The notes under the pieces: generated by a model | Seen by the model: the letters and a program-made list of their open reading frames with translations, nothing else | Told to the model about the DNA's origin: nothing | The model's database searches: none | Program-made: the position numbers and the translations under genes | Source of the DNA: Verrucomicrobiales bacterium | Lineage (GTDB): Bacteria; Verrucomicrobiota; Verrucomicrobiia; Verrucomicrobiales; V1-33 | Length of the DNA: 38,510 nt | Direction: 5' to 3' | NCBI GenBank assembly: GCA_031411295.1 | Contig: JANOAV010000045.1 | Span: forward strand, 1 to 38,510 | Shown here: positions 37,106 to 38,510 of the stretch, in pieces | Position numbering within the stretch: the stretch's first letter is position 1 | Layout: every line of letters starts with the position of its first letter

Positions 37106-38251
37106 TTAAGTGTCTGCGTTAAGGATGTCCAAGTAATGGTAGTAGGCGTGAATTTTGCGATAAGACTGGCCAGTGATTTCCCGAACCAGCCCCAGAGATT
37201 CCAGCTTGGCCAGCGCTTTCGTCGCAGTGGGGATGGAGACGGCCAGAGCTTGGGCTGCTTCTGCTGCGGTGGTGAGTGGTCTGCGTTGGAAAAGCTGGTG
37301 CAGGCGGATCACTGAAGCAGCCTCCGTCCGAAGGATCACCGAATCCCGCTCGAAACGATGCAGCAGTTGACGCGCTGTCAGCGTGGCCGCATGAGCGGTC
37401 TCCCTAACCCCGGTGAGAAAGAAGGTGAGCCACGCCTCCCAGTCGCCTGTTAGTCTTACGGCTTGGAGCAGTCGATAGTATTCATCCCGATGCTTTTTGA
37501 GGTAGAGGGAGAGATACAGCAGAGGAGATTCCAAGACGCCTTCCGCACACAAAATGAAAGTAATGAGGAGCCGTCCTAGCCTTCCATTACCATCCAAAAA
37601 CGGATGGATGGTCTCGAATTGAAGATGAGTTAGGGCGGCTTTAATCAAGGGGCGGGTTTTGACTGGCTGATCGTGGAGGAACAGCTCTAGGTTGCCCATG
37701 GCTTCCATGAGATGATCTGGTGGTGGCGGCACGAAACGGGCGTTCCCTGGGCGGGACCCTCCAATCCAGTTCTGACTGGTGCGAAACTCTCCGGGCATTT
37801 TCCCGCTGCCTCGGCCATGGGAAAGCAGGGTGCGGTGGATCTCCCGAATGAGGCGCAAGCTCAAAGGTTCCCCCTTTTTTAAAAGGTCTAAGCCCTGCTG
37901 CATGGCATCCACGTAGCAAGAAACCTCCGCAGCATCTTCCAATAGCCCAGCCGGGGTATTTTCCAACTCATGGCTCATGAGATCAGAAATGGAGGACTGG
38001 GTCCCCTCAATCTGGGAGGACAGCACGGCCTCCTTACGGACAAAACTATACAGGAAAAGGCTAGGATCTGGCAGGAGCAGGGATATCCCATCCAGCCGCC
38101 CCAAAGCCGTGGAAGCTGCATCCAACAGCGCCCCCAATTCACCATCCAACGCGATGGCTGGGGTTGGCGGCAGAGGATGTGGGATGAAGGCCCGTGCGGC
38201 TTCACCGGTGGTGCTGATAGGGAAATAATGTCCTGTAAGTCCACGTTCCAT
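37106..38251 (-). CDS. fic: Fic family protein (class II, C-terminal HTH)
   Basis: Catalytic HPFLDGNGRLGR, inhibitory SSQIEG, PGEFRTSQNWIG, C-terminal HTH LAVSIPTATKALAKLESLG. Confidence 0.95.
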   Translation of the reverse strand: MERGLTGHYFPISTTGEAARAFIPHPLPPTPAIALDGELGALLDAASTALGRLDGISLLLPDPSLFLYSFVRKEAVLSSQIEGTQSSISDLMSHELENTPAGLLEDAAEVSCYVDAMQQGLDLLKKGEPLSLRLIREIHRTLLSHGRGSGKMPGEFRTSQNWIGGSRPGNARFVPPPPDHLMEAMGNLELFLHDQPVKTRPLIKAALTHLQFETIHPFLDGNGRLGRLLITFILCAEGVLESPLLYLSLYLKKHRDEYYRLLQAVRLTGDWEAWLTFFLTGVRETAHAATLTARQLLHRFERDSVILRTEAASVIRLHQLFQRRPLTTAAEAAQALAVSIPTATKALAKLESLGLVREITGQSYRKIHAYYHYLDILNADT

Positions 38252-38254
38252 GAT

Positions 38255-38353
38255 TTAAAGTTTTCGACTGTTTTCTTTCATTCTCAGAAAACATTGAAAG
38301 TTTTGTTTCATTTCAGCAAGCGGAATTAAAGTTTTTGGCCGTTTTCTTTCATT
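38255..38353. repeat. Direct repeats with dyad symmetry upstream of fic (candidate operators)
   Basis: TTAAAGTTTT-N5-GTTTTCTTTCATT at 38255-38282 and 38326-38353 (25/28 identical), with a shortened TGAAAGTTTTGTTTCA at 38295-38310 between them. Confidence 0.7.
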
Positions 38354-38510
38354 TTGTGCAGAGAAATTAAACCCGAAAACAGCTTTTGAAAAAGCACTGT
38401 CCGTGCGGGCGGGCTTACGTAGTGGTGAGTTACGATGCAAACCACCCCTGCCGACACCACACAGAACAGTGCCTATCCTTTCACCCCTCCCTGCCGGGCT
38501 GGGCAAGTCC

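Overview
GC-rich bacterial DNA, most likely Verrucomicrobiota (PEP-CTERM protein, several secreted proteins ending in an 'S.DL..W ... FYR' C-terminal module). The window has two halves. (1) 1-21.7 kb holds surface/periplasmic genes: a BNR-repeat protein, a 1784-aa Cys-rich multidomain protein, a lamin-tail/CotH-like giant, an internally deleted porin pseudogene, a sugar dehydrogenase-PKD-cytochrome c-CBM6 fusion, and a PEP-CTERM/DUF4331/TPR/HupE-UreJ operon. (2) 21.8-38.5 kb is an all-minus-strand defence island. In transcription order it reads Fic - truncated four-helix-bundle (4HB) - type III-like Res - Fic - 4HB - Mod - K+-channel/beta-barrel fusion - truncated helicase 5' end - PD-(D/E)XK nuclease - DUF6946-like - DUF429-like - glycosylase-like protein - RelE-like/UvrD helicase. 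The most unusual signal is a family of phased 7-nt repeat arrays (AATWGWG-like). They bracket the 4HB gene in a 5+4 versus 9 complementary layout, recur at the truncated 4HB copy, and form an in-frame hairpin inside the methyltransferase. There are also two diverged 5'-only gene copies upstream of their intact paralogues, and a four-gene nuclease/glycosylase cargo bounded by a 10-bp direct repeat. Family names are from motif recognition only; no database search was run.
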